From: Octopus sinensis
Lineage: Eukaryota
Assembly (NCBI RefSeq): GCF_006345805.1
Contig: NC_043002.1
Location: 33,356,001-33,420,000, forward strand
Direction: 5' to 3'
Length of the DNA stretch: 64,000 nucleotides
How positions within the stretch are numbered: position 1 is the first letter of the stretch; every line of letters begins with the position of its first letter. The notes below the pieces were generated by a model. That model did no database searches. It was not told the origin of the DNA and saw only the letters and a program-made list of their open reading frames with translations. Position numbers and translations under genes: made by a program. Below, piece by piece: positions 27,389 to 40,762 of this stretch.

Positions 27389-27588
27389 GTGTGTGTATCT
27401 ATGTATTGATTGATAGAGACATATGATTAATGTACATACATACACACACCCCCGCAAGACGCTTACGAACGCAAGAGATGTGTGTCTCTGGTGTGGTGTG
27501 TGTGTGTGTGTGTGTGGTTTTGTTTGTATGTGTGTATGTGTATATATATATATATACGGATATATATATAAATATAATAAATATATAT

Positions 27589-27636
<48 letters not shown>

Positions 27637-27652
27637 GTATATATATGTATAT

Positions 27653-27697
<45 letters not shown>

Positions 27698-27822
27698 CAT
27701 ACATATATACATAAACTTAGATAAACTTAGATATGTTTCGACCAGAGATTGGTCCAGGCCATGTCTAACTTAATAGCACCACCTGATAGGATTATTCGAA
27801 TCCTGTTTAAGTCAAGTTTTGT

Positions 27823-30800
27823 TCAAGTAGTGAGTTCTTGTTGGGTGAGTTGTATCCAGTTTTGTTCAAGTAGTGAGTTCTTGTTGGGTGAGTTGTATCC
27901 AATTATGGGTGGCTTCTGGTATTCTTTGAAGGAATCTATCCAGACTCTGTTTGAAGTTGATGGGATCCTTTTCCTCTTTGATCTCCCTCGGAACAATGTT
28001 AAATAGGGCAGGGCCTGTTGAGGAAAGAAATTATGTTGCAGTGTACATGTATGTTGTGATCTTGAATTTGGCAGGGGACGTATAGCCCGTGGTCCAAGTC
28101 TTGGATGAACCTTGAAGCTAATGTTTAGGTCGTTTGGGCAAAGTTGGCGGTATATTTTCCACATCGTACAAATGATACCGCTCACAGCGACGCTGGAGGG
28201 AGTAAAGTTTCAAGGCTTTAAGGCGATCCCAATAATCGAGAGCAGCCATGCCTTCAATTTGTTTAGTGAGAGCCCTCTGGGGTGACTCAATTCTGGAGAT
28301 GTTTTGTCTTGTGTGAGGAGACCACAGTGGGCGCAGTCATATCATCAAGGTGTGGCCGTACAAAGGAGGAAAAAAGTGGTATGATGACACCTTGTTCTCT
28401 GGACTGGAAAGTTCTTAAGATCCAGGAACTCATCCTATGAGCTATATCGACCTTCTTGTTGATGTGTGCACTCCAACTGAGATCGTCATCAACAATTACA
28501 CCCAGGTCTCTGATATTGTTAGAGGCTGTGAGCGGTTCCCCTGAAGGAAGAGTATGGTTGGTTTAGTGAGGAGTTTCTTCCAAAATGCATCAGCTCAAAT
28601 TTTCCCTCATTCAGTTGCATTTTGTTTCTGTTTGCCCATTGACTCACAGCATATAGATCAGACTGGAGTTGAGTTCGGTCTGCTTCTTCATTGACGATTT
28701 GCTGGAGCTTGGTGTCATCAGCAAATATTTTCACTTTGCAGTAATGTACGACACTGGAAAGGTCGTTTACGTAAGTTATGAAGAGTAGCGGACCCAAAAC
28801 AGTTCCCTGGGAAACACCGCTGGTGACTTTTGCTGGGTTTGAGTGGACTCCATCAACTACAACATGTTGTGTTCTATTTGCCAGGAAATACTGAATCCAG
28901 CGTAGAACTTTTCCACGGATTCCAACATTTGCCAATTTTGAGAGTAGGAGTTATGGTCTATATGGTCTACCCTGTCGAACGCTTTACTGAAGTCAAGATA
29001 TATGACGTCAGAGTTCGAACCTGTTCCCAAGGCTTTGCGTACATCTTCAATGTGTGGTAAGAGCTGTCTTAGACAGTCCCTGCCACAGTGAAAGCCATGC
29101 TGATTGCATTTAGGAGTTTGTGGGTCTCCAGGAAGTCAGCTATCCTTAACCTTAACACTCTTTCAAACATTTAATGATGTAGAGGTGAGTGAGATTGGGT
29201 TGGGCGATAGTTGACTGCGAGGGATCTGTTCCCTGTTTGAAAACCGGGATGACCGACTGGGATAGAAACTGTTTCGCTATATAACCTGCGTCTAACGAGT
29301 TTCTCCAGAGGTTGGTCAGAGGGACTGCAAGTTGATATCTACATTCCTTCAGGAGACTAGCGGGAAATCTATCAGGGCCTACAGCAGAGTAATGTTTGAC
29401 CTCATTTATTGCTGCTACGATGTCGGTGGCAGTGAAGGTTATGTCTGCGATTTTGTGTTGGGAGTCAACTTCGTTCGTTTCCTCCACCTTACGTCAATAT
29501 CAGTGGGAACACTGAAGACAGAGCAGTATTGTTTCTGCAGTATTTCTGCCATTTCTTTAGCATCGTGTTGGGGAATGCCGTTATCATCAATCAATGGCCC
29601 AATGGGTGAGACAGTGGTTCTATGCTTATTTGCATAAGAATAGAACACTTTTGGGTTCTTTTTGATGTTTTTGATTACCCATTGTTCCTCCACAGCTCTT
29701 TGATTTTCGATGGAGGTTTTCATGTTAGTCTGCAGATGAAGTTTTTCCAGCTCTAGTCTTTTCATTGTTGTTGAATGTGGATGTTGTGTGTGGGAATATT
29801 TTAATTGGTTGATTTTTTTGTTGAGTCTTTTGATGCGCCTGATGAGTGTTTTTTTCTTTTTAGGGAGCCGGTTTCTGTTTGTGTTATTAGATTTCTTGGG
29901 AGCGTGTTTGGAGCATGGGTATTCTTTGAAGGAATCTATCCAGACTCTGTTTGAAGTTGATGGGATCCTTTTCCTCTTTGATCTCCCTCGGGACAATGTT
30001 AAATAGGGCAGGGCCTGTTGAGGAAAAGAAATTATGTTGCAGTGTACATGTATGTTGTGATCTTGAATTTGGCAGGGGACGTATAACCCGTGGTCCAAGT
30101 CTTGGATGAACCTTGAAGCTAATGTTTAGGTCGTTTGGGCAAAGTTGGCGGTATATTTTCCACATCGTACAAATGATGTACCGCTCACGGCGACGCTGGA
30201 GGGAGTAAAGTTTCAAGGCTTTAAGGCGATCCCAATAATCGAGAGCAGCCATGTATAGGTGACAATGGTTTCAAAGTGCTGCCACGCGGTCTCAATATGA
30301 GGGGAATTGAGAGTAAAAGACCAGTCGATGGAAGACAGATCCTTTTGATTGTTCCCAGTCCGCTTTGTGGAGTTTATGTTGTCAAAGGGTGCCATGGAGT
30401 GGGATTGGCTGGTTTGGTTTTTATATGTCGGGAATTAAGATTGCAGAGTACCATGTCGTGGTCTGAGAGGAGAGTTTTTTCGACTGAAATGCTGTGAACG
30501 TAGCTAGAGTGATTGGTCAATACAGATCCAAGATCGTTTTATTCTGTCTCGTTGCTTCAAGCACTAGCTGAGTCAGAAAATACTCATCCATCAGATTAAA
30601 GAGCAGTTCTGCTGCTGCCTATCTGATGTAGAGCACTTGCCTAACTTCGGAGTATTTGTGGGCCAGTTCACATGAGGGAGGTTAAAATCACCCCTCACTA
30701 GTATGTTTCCGGAGGTACGGTACTCCGAAGGAAGGACTTGACTTGCTAAGGCACTCTTCAAAGTACTTTAGAGGTGCCTGGGGAGGCCTGTAAAGACCAA

Positions 30801-31130
30801 CAATGGTTATGTCCTTGGCTTTGTTGTATAGTGATACCGATTCACAGTAGCCATTGGAAAATGTGTCCTTGGCATCAAGTGAAAAGGTGTCATGGATAAA
30901 GATGGCTGTCCCTCCCTTATTTCGGCTGTGCGATCCGCACGAACAATAGTGAAATCTTTTATTTTCACCTCTGCGTCCATATGGGTGTTGTTCAGGTGAG
31001 TCTCGGTAAGTATAAAAAGGGAAGCAATGTGCCATTTGTTTTCGGCAAGCCAACTCTCTATATATGGGATCTTCCATTTTTGGGCAATAATTGATGGGTT
31101 GATGCCACGTACATTTAACAGGAATGTCGA
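27823..31130 (-). pseudogene. LINE ORF2 (AP endonuclease plus reverse transcriptase), multiply frameshifted
   Basis: ORF fragments 30807-31175, 30688-31077, 29439-30098, 29152-29487, 28519-28935 and 27823-28185 tile an EN-RT protein. Confidence 0.92.
29918..30253 (-). repeat. 336-bp internal copy of 27918-28250 inserted in the LINE
   Basis: Near-identical sequence 2000 bp away; CATG at 29914-29917 and 30250-30253. Confidence 0.93.
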
Positions 31131-31850
31131 GGTAAGGGAAGTTGGTAATGGGTGAGTGGTCCTTCTGATTTGCATAGATGGTTGGTGATGGCTCGCTGGA
31201 TCTCCTGGCTTAGGTCGGCCTTCATATTTTCCAGGTATGTCAGTAAAAAAGAGTTACTTGTTTGGTTTTCCACTTGGTCAGAGGATACATATTTCAAGTT
31301 GGCGTTATTTGGTGTTTTTTCATGGTTCTGTCTACGTTGTTTGATTGTAGGAGGGGAAACGTGGTTGTATTTTGTTCTTGTTGTTGTCCTAGATTTCCTC
31401 TGTTCCTGTTTACATCTATTCTGTGATCGTTTTGTGCCCTTCAGATGGTGGTGGTTGCATTCTGGGTTCAGGCACATCCTTTGTGAGACAGAAGTTTGGC
31501 ACAGTTTAGGATGGAATAAGGTGCATCCATTGCCTCTTATGCATCCGTATTTAGGATCAGAACCATAGATTCTATATTTAGGACAGTATTTGGGGTGGAG
31601 GTGGGGGCAATTTTTTTCCTGTTTATAAAGTAAAACCGTATGGACAGGTGCCCATAGCAAGTCTACGACATAAGGTCGGATGGGGAAAAGCACAGCGTCC
31701 ATTTTTGTTTGTGCCGCTGGGGCCAAATCTACAATTGCCTTTAGAATAGTAACGGCAGGGGGTTTTATTTGGTTGTAGTAGTGGTTTTTCTATTTTGGCA
31801 GTAGTAGCAGTGGTGTTAGAAGCAGCTTGTTGATTTTGTGATGGTGATTT
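31115..31850 (-). pseudogene. LINE ORF1 with four CCCH zinc fingers, one frameshift ~31625
   Basis: CRYYSKGNC-x12-CAFPH; CRRLAMGTC..CPHLH; CPKY..GCIRGNGCTLFH; CQTSVSQRMCLNPECNHHH. Confidence 0.8.
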
Positions 31851-32168
31851 TGTGATTTTGTGATGGTGTATGTAGATATATGTACATACATACATATATA
31901 TGTATATAGATATATATGTATATAAATACATATATATGTATATAGATATATACATGGGCACAGGACGTCAGAAAACGGGATTTTTTAGAGACCGATAGGA
32001 TAAGTACTGGATTTACAAGAAATAAGTACTGGGGTTGATTTCCTCGACTAACACCTCCTAAGGTCGTGATCCAGCATGGCTGCAGTCAAAATGACTGAAG
32101 CAACTAAAAGAGTAAAAGAATATATACAGATGTAGAGAAGGAGTGGGAGAGAGGCAGAAATAAATTAA

Positions 32169-32263
<95 letters not shown>

Positions 32264-32845
32264 CGGGATTGTTATTATTGTGCAGCCTTAGATCATCCCC
32301 TATCGAAAAAAGACTCAGCTAGTAGAGTGAACGAGCAAGTAGGGTCCCCATATGTATGGACCCAGTCACACCATAGAACCATCTTGTTAAGGGCTATACT
32401 AACGTGCACAGTCTGACATGTCGTGGTTAATTCTATGTAGTGTTGCACTTTAGGCATGTTCCAGTACTGAGGCTGTTTCTGTTAGCTCGATGTTGTTGTT
32501 ATTATTGTTATTGGGCCCTCAGGTCAACCCTGATCGAGTAGATTTATGATCAAAGCCATTCCAACTATAGCCAAATTGTGGTTCAGTATGATGACTGTTT
32601 TTAACTGATAATTTTGATAAAGGAAATGGTTGGTTTACAGTTTTTACTCTGGCAGTTCAATTTAACAACGTAAGATAATGCTGAAAGAGTAAATATCAGG
32701 ATCTAAGGGGCTGTTATGAAGAGTTAGCTTCATAATAAATTAGATGCTATACTGAGATGAAAAGAAAAGAAGGGTGGTTAGCCAACTGAATGTTTCAATT
32801 TTAGAAAGATTTATCACTATCAAAGTCTTTATATATATATATATT

Positions 32846-32876
<31 letters not shown>

Positions 32877-32998
32877 TGGAAAGTGTAGTGATACACATAC
32901 ACATGTATATATGTGTGTGTATGTGTTTGTGCGCATATGTATATATATATTGGAAAATGTAGATACACACACATATATGTGTGTGTATGAGTCTGTGC

Positions 32999-33046
<48 letters not shown>

Positions 33047-34337
33047 GTGTGTGTGTGTGTATTATATGTCACACTTGATGATCTATTCCGTTGCCACTCA
33101 GAGTATCACATCACTTGCGATCAGTCAGGTAGCTTTAACATGGATGGTTTATAGTCGCAAGTTACAGGATACGTCAATTCTCCTTAGTCGAGAGTTCTAA
33201 TATGATAGTTTGCATTGCACTTCAGCAGATTCTGTTGATGCCAGCTGGTTGTTGCATTTTAAGAAAGAACATTCTGGTTTGATCTTAAGGTTGTTTCAGT
33301 ATGGTATACTGCATTTCCCATGGTATTTAGACTTTCACAAGTTGTACAAATTCAGTGAGTTCTCCAGATGGAATCAAGTTCTCCAAAAGTACTTGTGTCT
33401 GATGTTGGCAGATAGACAGTATCTCAGAACTCATATTCGGCGATATCACCAGCTATTCAGCTTCTGGAACGCTTCAATCACAAATATTCCACAACTTTTA
33501 TCCCCTTAAATGTATGAGTTGGTCCTTCTCAACATTCAGATTATGTGACGCTCTTACTTATACATAAACAGCTTCTTAGCTTCCAAACGAACTGTTAACC
33601 AGCAAGGGAAGTTATTTTACTCCTCAACCTCAGCAAATGTATATATTAGTAATATCACCCCTTAAAATTATTGCGATGAGTTCCGTATGATTCCTTTCGA
33701 TATCGTGTGAGAATGTTATGGTTGTCCAGTATATCCCTACATTACAGAGATGCACAATCATCTAAGTCGGTCGTTTAGTGCTGTCTGCACTTAGAAGTCT
33801 GCGGCTGGAATAGAGCCTTACTGAGTGTTTGTCTTAGATTATAATGTGAAAGCTGTGAAACAATACCTAACGTATTTTAACTTTATTGGTGCTTAATTGT
33901 CAGTTGTATTGGTGCGCGTTTGGGAAATGTAATTTTACTAGTAACATTGGCTCCTACACCCATGGATTTAACCAGATTAATTTCTGTTTTTGAGTTGTTG
34001 ATGTTTCGCGCCAGGTCAGCCTTGATAATCGAGCATACTTACGGTCGGAGCATTGATCATGCCTTCTTATTTATTTATTTATTTATCGCTACATTTTAAA
34101 GGGTGTGGGTTGATGGAGTGTGCATATATATATGAAGGGTGGGGTTCCATGTTTGTGAAAGTATGCGCGTTTGGGTGTGTTGAATACCTGAATGTGTTTG
34201 AGTTTAATCTGCTAACGTTTCAAGGTTATTCTCAGTTTCACCTCCCAAATCAAATGATGATTGGTGCGATTTGTAATAAGCAGCAACTGATTATCGGAAT
34301 AATAATGAAATTGATAAAATTGTCATCGTCGGAATGC

Positions 34338-34387
34338 TGAATTGTTAAAATGTAAGCTGTTGAAACAGCTTACATTTTAACAATTCA
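34338..34387. repeat. Perfect 23-bp-arm hairpin
   Basis: TGAATTGTTAAAATGTAAGCTGT-TGAA-ACAGCTTACATTTTAACAATTCA. Confidence 0.9.
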
Positions 34388-36564
34388 ATTCTACTTAGAA
34401 TTTTCTCAGCAGATAATAACGAAACTCCAAATTTAGTAACATACCTATAGGTTGGCTAAAATGCCTCTAGGTATGTTCTGAGGTACATTATAGCAATTAC
34501 ATTAAGCAATATATATGCCTTTCTTAGACTGAAGGAAAACACATAGTCGAAGAGCTACTGGTATTATATGACATTCATGTTTCCGTGAAGAGTATTGTCA
34601 ATATCAATGAAGTAAATTTGCTCGAACTTGGAATCGAAATGATCATGGGCGTCTACCTCATTCCCACACCCTACCAAATCATCTTAAAACATCCATTATA
34701 TCGGAACCTGTTACTTAAAGGTTTACCTTCTGAATTAAAATCCGACTTTATCTGTTATCTAAAAGGTCATAATAAACCACGTACCAGTAATATATTGAGG
34801 TAGATCCAATCAAAAATATACCAGCACTTCACTTATTACTTTATGAATTTCTTGTGCGTGACAACTAGAAATCCACTATAAGATCGCCCAATTTCTCAGA
34901 AATAACAGCAAAATTCTATTTCAAATCTTGCTCTGGCAGCTTTAAAACGGCTGGGCACATTAAACAATGTAATCCTAAGTATACTCTGGCTAAAAAAAAA
35001 AAAAAATAGTTGATCTCAGTTGGAATGTGTTCGACCACGCGACTGTCCAAAAAGGTCTGTAACAACAAATTCGAACAAGATATATAGCTGTGAGTGTTAG
35101 TAAAAGATTCCCCAGACAATGAAGATCATTACACTAAAGTATTCGAGTTAATAACATTGAGGTAATTTGGCACCGAATTACAAGAAAAAAAAAAAAAAAA
35201 ACGCAACTTTTCCATTTCAGCATAATCCCTGTACAAACACACGTGACCCCAATTTAACGGCACGCGGTCACCACCCGACACCAACTTCAGTTGCCGTAAA
35301 TTCTATTCAGCTATAATTAAATGCCATATCGTATATCAACCTTCTGTATTTCATCCACGTCACACACACCTGCCCTCTTCAATCATTCTGTCTTTGATAG
35401 CAGCCAATTTGACCGTTGCCATCTCCATGCTACCATGTATGAAGAATTGTAGCCTCATCAAAGCAAACATGAATTCTAATGCTGGAATTTGAGATAATGC
35501 GCTTGATTTCTTCTTTAAAATGATCGTTTATCAAACTCGAGAAAGTAAAATTCTTAACTGAAAAGTTATTCAGAGATACCATTAGCATTAAAAGCAACTA
35601 CGTTAGCTTTCAAATATTTTATGCAGGGAGTTATAAAAAGCTAATCTGAAATAAATATGCGCCGAGAAAAATAATTAAATTACATATTAGTCAGTTAGTA
35701 ATTGGATAATTAGTAATTATTTAATCACTAGCTGGTCAATTAATAATTCAGTAGTTTTATTTAATATCATTTTCGCCTTTATTTTTGGCAAGCACGGGAG
35801 CCAACTTCGACATAGTTGGTGGTTATGATCTCTTCAGTTAAGTATTGACGTCAATATACTGACTTGAAATAGGGATTACAGAATTACTAAAAACTTCTAC
35901 AAGAATGTACACTAGTTTCTGCAAGGAAGCAAAATTATTAATTAGAAATTAGATAATTTAGAAGGCACCTCCGGCATGAAAAACAAAATAATAGCTTAGT
36001 GTTAATATATGCACTGTAAGAAAAATTTTTAAATAACTGGAAATAAAATATTTAGTTAGGGGAAAATCATTATTTGCCAAATATTACTTTTAGGCATGTA
36101 CGGAAGACGACTTCAGGAATATTTCGGCATTATTCTGACCTTATCAGCCAGGAATATTCTTTTACATGTTAAAGTAGTGATAAATAAATCATTAAGGTTG
36201 TACATTTGGGTGGAGAATCTCGGCCCTCAGTCGATTCTGCCACCACACAACTATCATCACCAGCATCAGTACTATCACCTCAGGATTTACAATTATTACA
36301 ATTCTCACTGTTGTTACTACAAATATTAATACCATCATCACCACAAGAAATAGATAATGAAACAATCCACTGAAAATAAATAATTCAATAATATCATTAT
36401 AAAATTCAGACTGTGATTTCAATTACGCATCGACAACTGCATTTGAGTTCAGTTATGTTCATCTTAAAGTCTCTACCTTATACGCTGTTACCACCAGTAT
36501 GCGAAAGGGTAACCGTAACCAAGACCAGTCACTAGCAGAAAAAACAATCACTCTGTCTTGCACT

Positions 36565-37072
36565 AATGCTGCGATGTGCGAATTAATTTGTTCCCGGAGG
36601 CCGTTCGTAAAGCGAAAACTCGTAAAGCAGAGCAATAATTTCTCGTACTAGCAATTCGTTCCCCACCAAATGTTTTACCTATAAAATTCATAATACTCGT
36701 AAATAGGTGACAATAAAACAACAGTATGTAACAAGAAATATTATTATTATAATCACTTTCTGAATCACTTTCACTTGCACTAGACTCGCGAATACCATCA
36801 TTTGTAGACGCGATCGCCGATTCACAAGCACTCGTGGACGGATTTCTAGATTTCTTTTTAAAAGACAATTCTAGATTTGTTTGCTTAGAAGCTTTCTTTC
36901 GCTCTCTATAAATTTCTCGGTTACATGCAGAAGCATTTGTTATGGTAGTGGAAACTGTTGCACTTCGTTCGAAATTTGGATCTTGTGCTTAACCTTTCTA
37001 TATTTATTATAAAATAAAACTCGTAAACTCGGAGTCACGTTAAGAGGATACTCGTAAAGTGAGGTATTACTG
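36565..37072. mobile_element. pogo/Tigger-like non-autonomous DNA transposon remnant
   Basis: Right end GAGGTATTACTG+TA; subterminal (C)TCGTAAA repeats near both ends; left TIR decayed. Confidence 0.55.
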
Positions 37073-37289
37073 TATTGTTAAGGGTGTGACATGAGATGAT
37101 TGATATACAGACTAAAAATTTTGACTGAGGCTTTTGCCATGGAACAAAAAATTAACAGTTTCTATCTCCAATCTGAATTGATCCCTGCAATTCTACCAAA
37201 TTTGGTAACTACTCTACCAGCTTTGTGAGGTATTTTACCTGTTGCACCGGCTGTTCTACAAATTCTACCAGTTATTCTACTAACTGCAA

Positions 37290-37825
37290 CATTGATCTAC
37301 CACCATCGCCATCGCCACCACCACCACCACCACCACCAGAAACAACATTACTGTCATCATGACCATGACAACTACTTCCATAATAATCATTACCATTATT
37401 AGAGAGACCACTACCACCATTACCACAACAATCACCGCCACCAGCTCCACCTCTGTTTTCACCACCATCACCACCACCGCCCACTAATCATCATCATCAT
37501 CATCATCCTCAAAGCTACCATCACGTCCATTTCTGCAAAACCACCTCCACTACTACCGTCAATACTACTACTGCCTTCACCGCTACCACAATCACTACAA
37601 CCACCACTACTATCTCCTCTACCATCATTTGTATAATCACCTCTACCACTCACACATCAGCATCACTATCACCGTCACTATCATGGCCATTAGTACAAAT
37701 TCCTTCACCACCACCACCACCACCTCCACCATCCCTGCTTCTGCTATCGCCTTCATCACTATTGCTCACACTACCACCTTCTTTACCATAACTACCACCG
37801 CTACCATTACAATCACCTTGACCGT
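37290..37825. repeat. Degenerate (ACC/ATC/ACT)n trinucleotide region
   Basis: Directly visible. Confidence 0.85.
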
Positions 37826-38077
37826 AACAAACAGGGCAGAAGTAAGTGAAAAAGCAATAAGCCATTCACCAGATGTGCGTCACAGATGTTCATTATCAAG
37901 AATATAGATAGCGTCACTGTAAAAGGTAATGAGAGAAGAAAGCGTTGTGTGGGAAGAGGTAAAATGGTATGGAGAAGGATATTAGAGAGTTCAGGTGATA
38001 TGGATGAGGGTACATGGAGGATATAATAAAGATTATATATATATATATTCTTGTATACATATATATATATGTTCTTT

Positions 38078-38290
38078 CATTTTTATTCTTTTACTTGATT
38101 CAGTAATTTGACTACAGCCGTGCTGAAGCACCGCCTTTAGACGTGCAAATCGACCCCAGGACTTATTCTTCGAAAGCCTAGTACTTATTCTATCGGTCTC
38201 TTTTGCCGAACCGCTAGGTTACGGGAACGTAAACACACCAGCATCGGTTGTCAAATGAGGGGAACAAACACAGACACAAACATATACACA
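38078..38290 (-). mobile_element. Family-B SINE 3' half
   Basis: AATCGACCCCAGGACTTATTCTT...GCCTAGTACTTATTCTATCGGTCTCTTTTGCCGAACC. Confidence 0.85.
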
Positions 38291-38333
38291 TATGTGTGTG
38301 TGTGTGTGTGTGTGGTGTGTGTGTGTGTGTGTG

Positions 38334-38795
38334 CAGGGGTTAGACAAAATAATGGAAACATTTTAAAATTTCAAACAAAATTATTTTAATATTGAGTAGG
38401 ACCGCCTTTGGCAGTAATTGCAGCTTGAACTCTATGAGGTATGAACTCGTACAAAGTTTGAATTGTTTCCAAGGGATTTTTTGTCCACTCTTCAGCTAAA
38501 ACAGTATGCAATTCTTGTAGTGATGAAGGTGGAATATATCAACTCCTTGGTTTTCTAAAATGTACCATAAATGTTCAATAATATTGAGATCTGGGGACTG
38601 TCGTGGCCAGATAACATGTTCGACTTCACTAGAATGTTCCTCGTGCCATTTAGTAACAAACTGGTTCATGATCATCCTGAAAGATTGCGTTTCCCGCCGG
38701 AAACAGTTCCGCAACCATAGGATAAATTTGATGAGATAAAATACTTAAATAGTCATGACTATTAATTCTACCATGAAGGGAAACTGTTGGGCTGA
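38334..38795 (-). mobile_element. Tc1-family transposon 3' fragment
   Basis: WPRQSPDLNIIEHLW motif; terminal CAGGGGTTAGACAAAATAATGGAAACA. Confidence 0.85.
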
Positions 38796-38864
38796 CTCCT
38801 GCGCCTTATACATTTATTTATAAACATATACATAATACATAATATATTAATATGTGTGATTTAT

Positions 38865-39034
38865 AGGCGCAGGCGTGGATCTATGATAAAGAAAAACTTC
38901 TTTACCAGCACGCAATTCCGGGTTCAGTCCCACTCTGTGGCACCTTGGGCAAGTGTCTTCTATCGTATACTCAAGCTATTTAGTAGACGAAAACTATATA
39001 TATATATATACAAAATATAATATAATATAATATA

Positions 39035-39090
<56 letters not shown>

Positions 39091-39310
39091 ATGTGTATTT
39101 GTGAGTGCGTATGTGTGAGTGTGTGTATGTGTGAGTGTGTGTATGTGTGATTGTGGTTCACCCCACTCCACCGCTTTATAACAGGTGTTGCTTTGTTTGC
39201 GTCCCCATAACTTACCAGTTCAGTATAAGAGGTAAGTTCTGGGGTCGATTTGTTCAACTGAAACACTTCAATGTAGTGCCCCAACATGGCTTCACTCCAA
39301 TGACTGGATA
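38865..39310 (+). mobile_element. Family-B SINE with expanded internal microsatellite
   Basis: GGCGCAGGCGTGG...GGTTCAGTCCCAC...(TA)n(TG)n...GGGGTCGATTTGTTCAACT. Confidence 0.78.
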
Positions 39311-39712
39311 TATATATTTATACTCGCAGCTCTCGAGCTGAAACTAGTGGGAAAAAAATGGGGTGAGAGGCGTGTGTGTGTATGTGTTTGTGGGGCGCAT
39401 GTGTGTGTTGGTGCGTGTAAATATCTTTCATCTTTTACCGCTTACGTATTTCAGACATTACACTGCTGCCATCTGACGCACCGCTTTGAAAGCTTCAGTT
39501 GAACAGTTCGACCCCATATATACATTTAAAAGCTTAGAACTTATTCTATCGATTTCTTTGTTAGGAGATACAGAAATAAACACTGAATACGAAGCACAAG
39601 TGGGGGACAAACACAAATACGAACAAATACACAGCCACACACATGCAAACACACACACACAGATACACACACATCACACCAGCGCTCGCGCACACACACA
39701 CATATACATATA

Positions 39713-39900
39713 TGCGGGGTTTGTTGAAAAGTTCCTGGCTTTGAGTAAAAGAAAATACCAGAAGATCAGTCAATTCTGATTTTATTCAACATATACACCT
39801 CTCAGATTCAAACACTTATTGCAGCGGTCCTTCAGTTTTTCTAAGCCCTGTATAAGAACTCAAAAGTTCGGGGCCTCTAACTAAGTCTTTTACGATTCCC
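39713..39900 (-). mobile_element. Mariner 3'-end fragment
   Basis: Minus strand GLEKLKDRCNKCLNLRGVYVE*; TIR-like GCGGGGTTTGTTGAAAAGTTCCTGGCT. Confidence 0.72.
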
Positions 39901-40318
39901 TTAAAACCACACTTACGCGACGGCATCGCACACAGTTTCTAGCTATGAAATTCACTCACAAGGCATTGGTTGTCCCGGGGGTTGATAGAAAACTCTTGCC
40001 CATGTGGCCGCGCATTAGAACTGAACCCTAAACTCTGTGTGTGTGTGTGTGTGTGTGTACGATGACGCTGGTGACTGGACCATGTACGATATATAGTATT
40101 AGAGGTGGTAGAATCCCAAGAGATATACTATAGGGGGAGCTATCTACCATAAAGTACAAGAAGTGATGTTTCCATAAACCCTAAACGTAATTGCAAAACG
40201 AGCTTCTTAACCATATGTGTGTATGTATGTGTGTATGAATATATGCATACATACAACATACATGCAAATATATATGTATGTGCGTGTAACGGGAGATGGG
40301 CTGTGTGTGTGTGTGTGT

Positions 40319-40368
<50 letters not shown>

Positions 40369-40373
<5 letters not shown>

Positions 40374-40762
40374 AAAACACAAAAGTATTGAGAATTATAA
40401 TTCTTCAATCAGCTTATGCACGTTTCAGATAGATTGGTAGGCCCCAACATACTGCGATGCAGTAATCATTCATATTAATTGATTCCGTATTTGTTCGACT
40501 AAGATTCTACTGCGTTAGAGAAGTTAAACAACATACTATCCCTATCAAAACAATCAAGCAGTCTTGTATAGCTTTGATAGGGATATGATAGTGTTTAATT
40601 TCCATGTCTCTATAGAATCTTTGACGATGAAACATGGGATTCATTCATATGCATAATTACAGCTTCGCAAAATTTTAGAATTTTGGATAGAATCAATCTA
40701 TCCGAAATGTTCGTAAGCTGACTTAAGAATGTATAATTCTCCATTCTTTTGTGTTTTTCTAC
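40369..40762. mobile_element. ~390-bp old palindromic element (MITE/fold-back)
   Basis: GTAGAAAAACACAAAAG...TCAGCTTA...ATCCCTATCAAA mirrored by TTTGATAGGGAT...TAAGCTGA...CTTTTGTGTTTTTCTAC. Confidence 0.75.

Larger units (their letters stand above)
27711..31870 (-). mobile_element. Near full-length decayed CR1-group LINE (ORF1 plus APE-RT ORF2)
   Basis: APE motifs LLNVRGIN, ILTETHL, VGLYRPPQ, FNLP, SDH; RT motifs VTSGVSQGTVLGPLLF..YVND, IFADDTKL; C-term LYSLQRRRER; 3' terminal repeats (CTAAGTTTAT)2; (TA)-rich tracts on both sides. Confidence 0.95.

Noticed and set aside
27816-27901. 43-bp tandem duplication near the LINE 3' end
   Set aside because: Ordinary slippage duplication inside a dead element.
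35368-35482. Possible minus-strand exon (ALEFMFALMRLQFFIHGSMEMATVKLAAIKDRMIEEG)
   Set aside because: Weak acceptor and donor (AG|GTGTGT), no recognisable homology.
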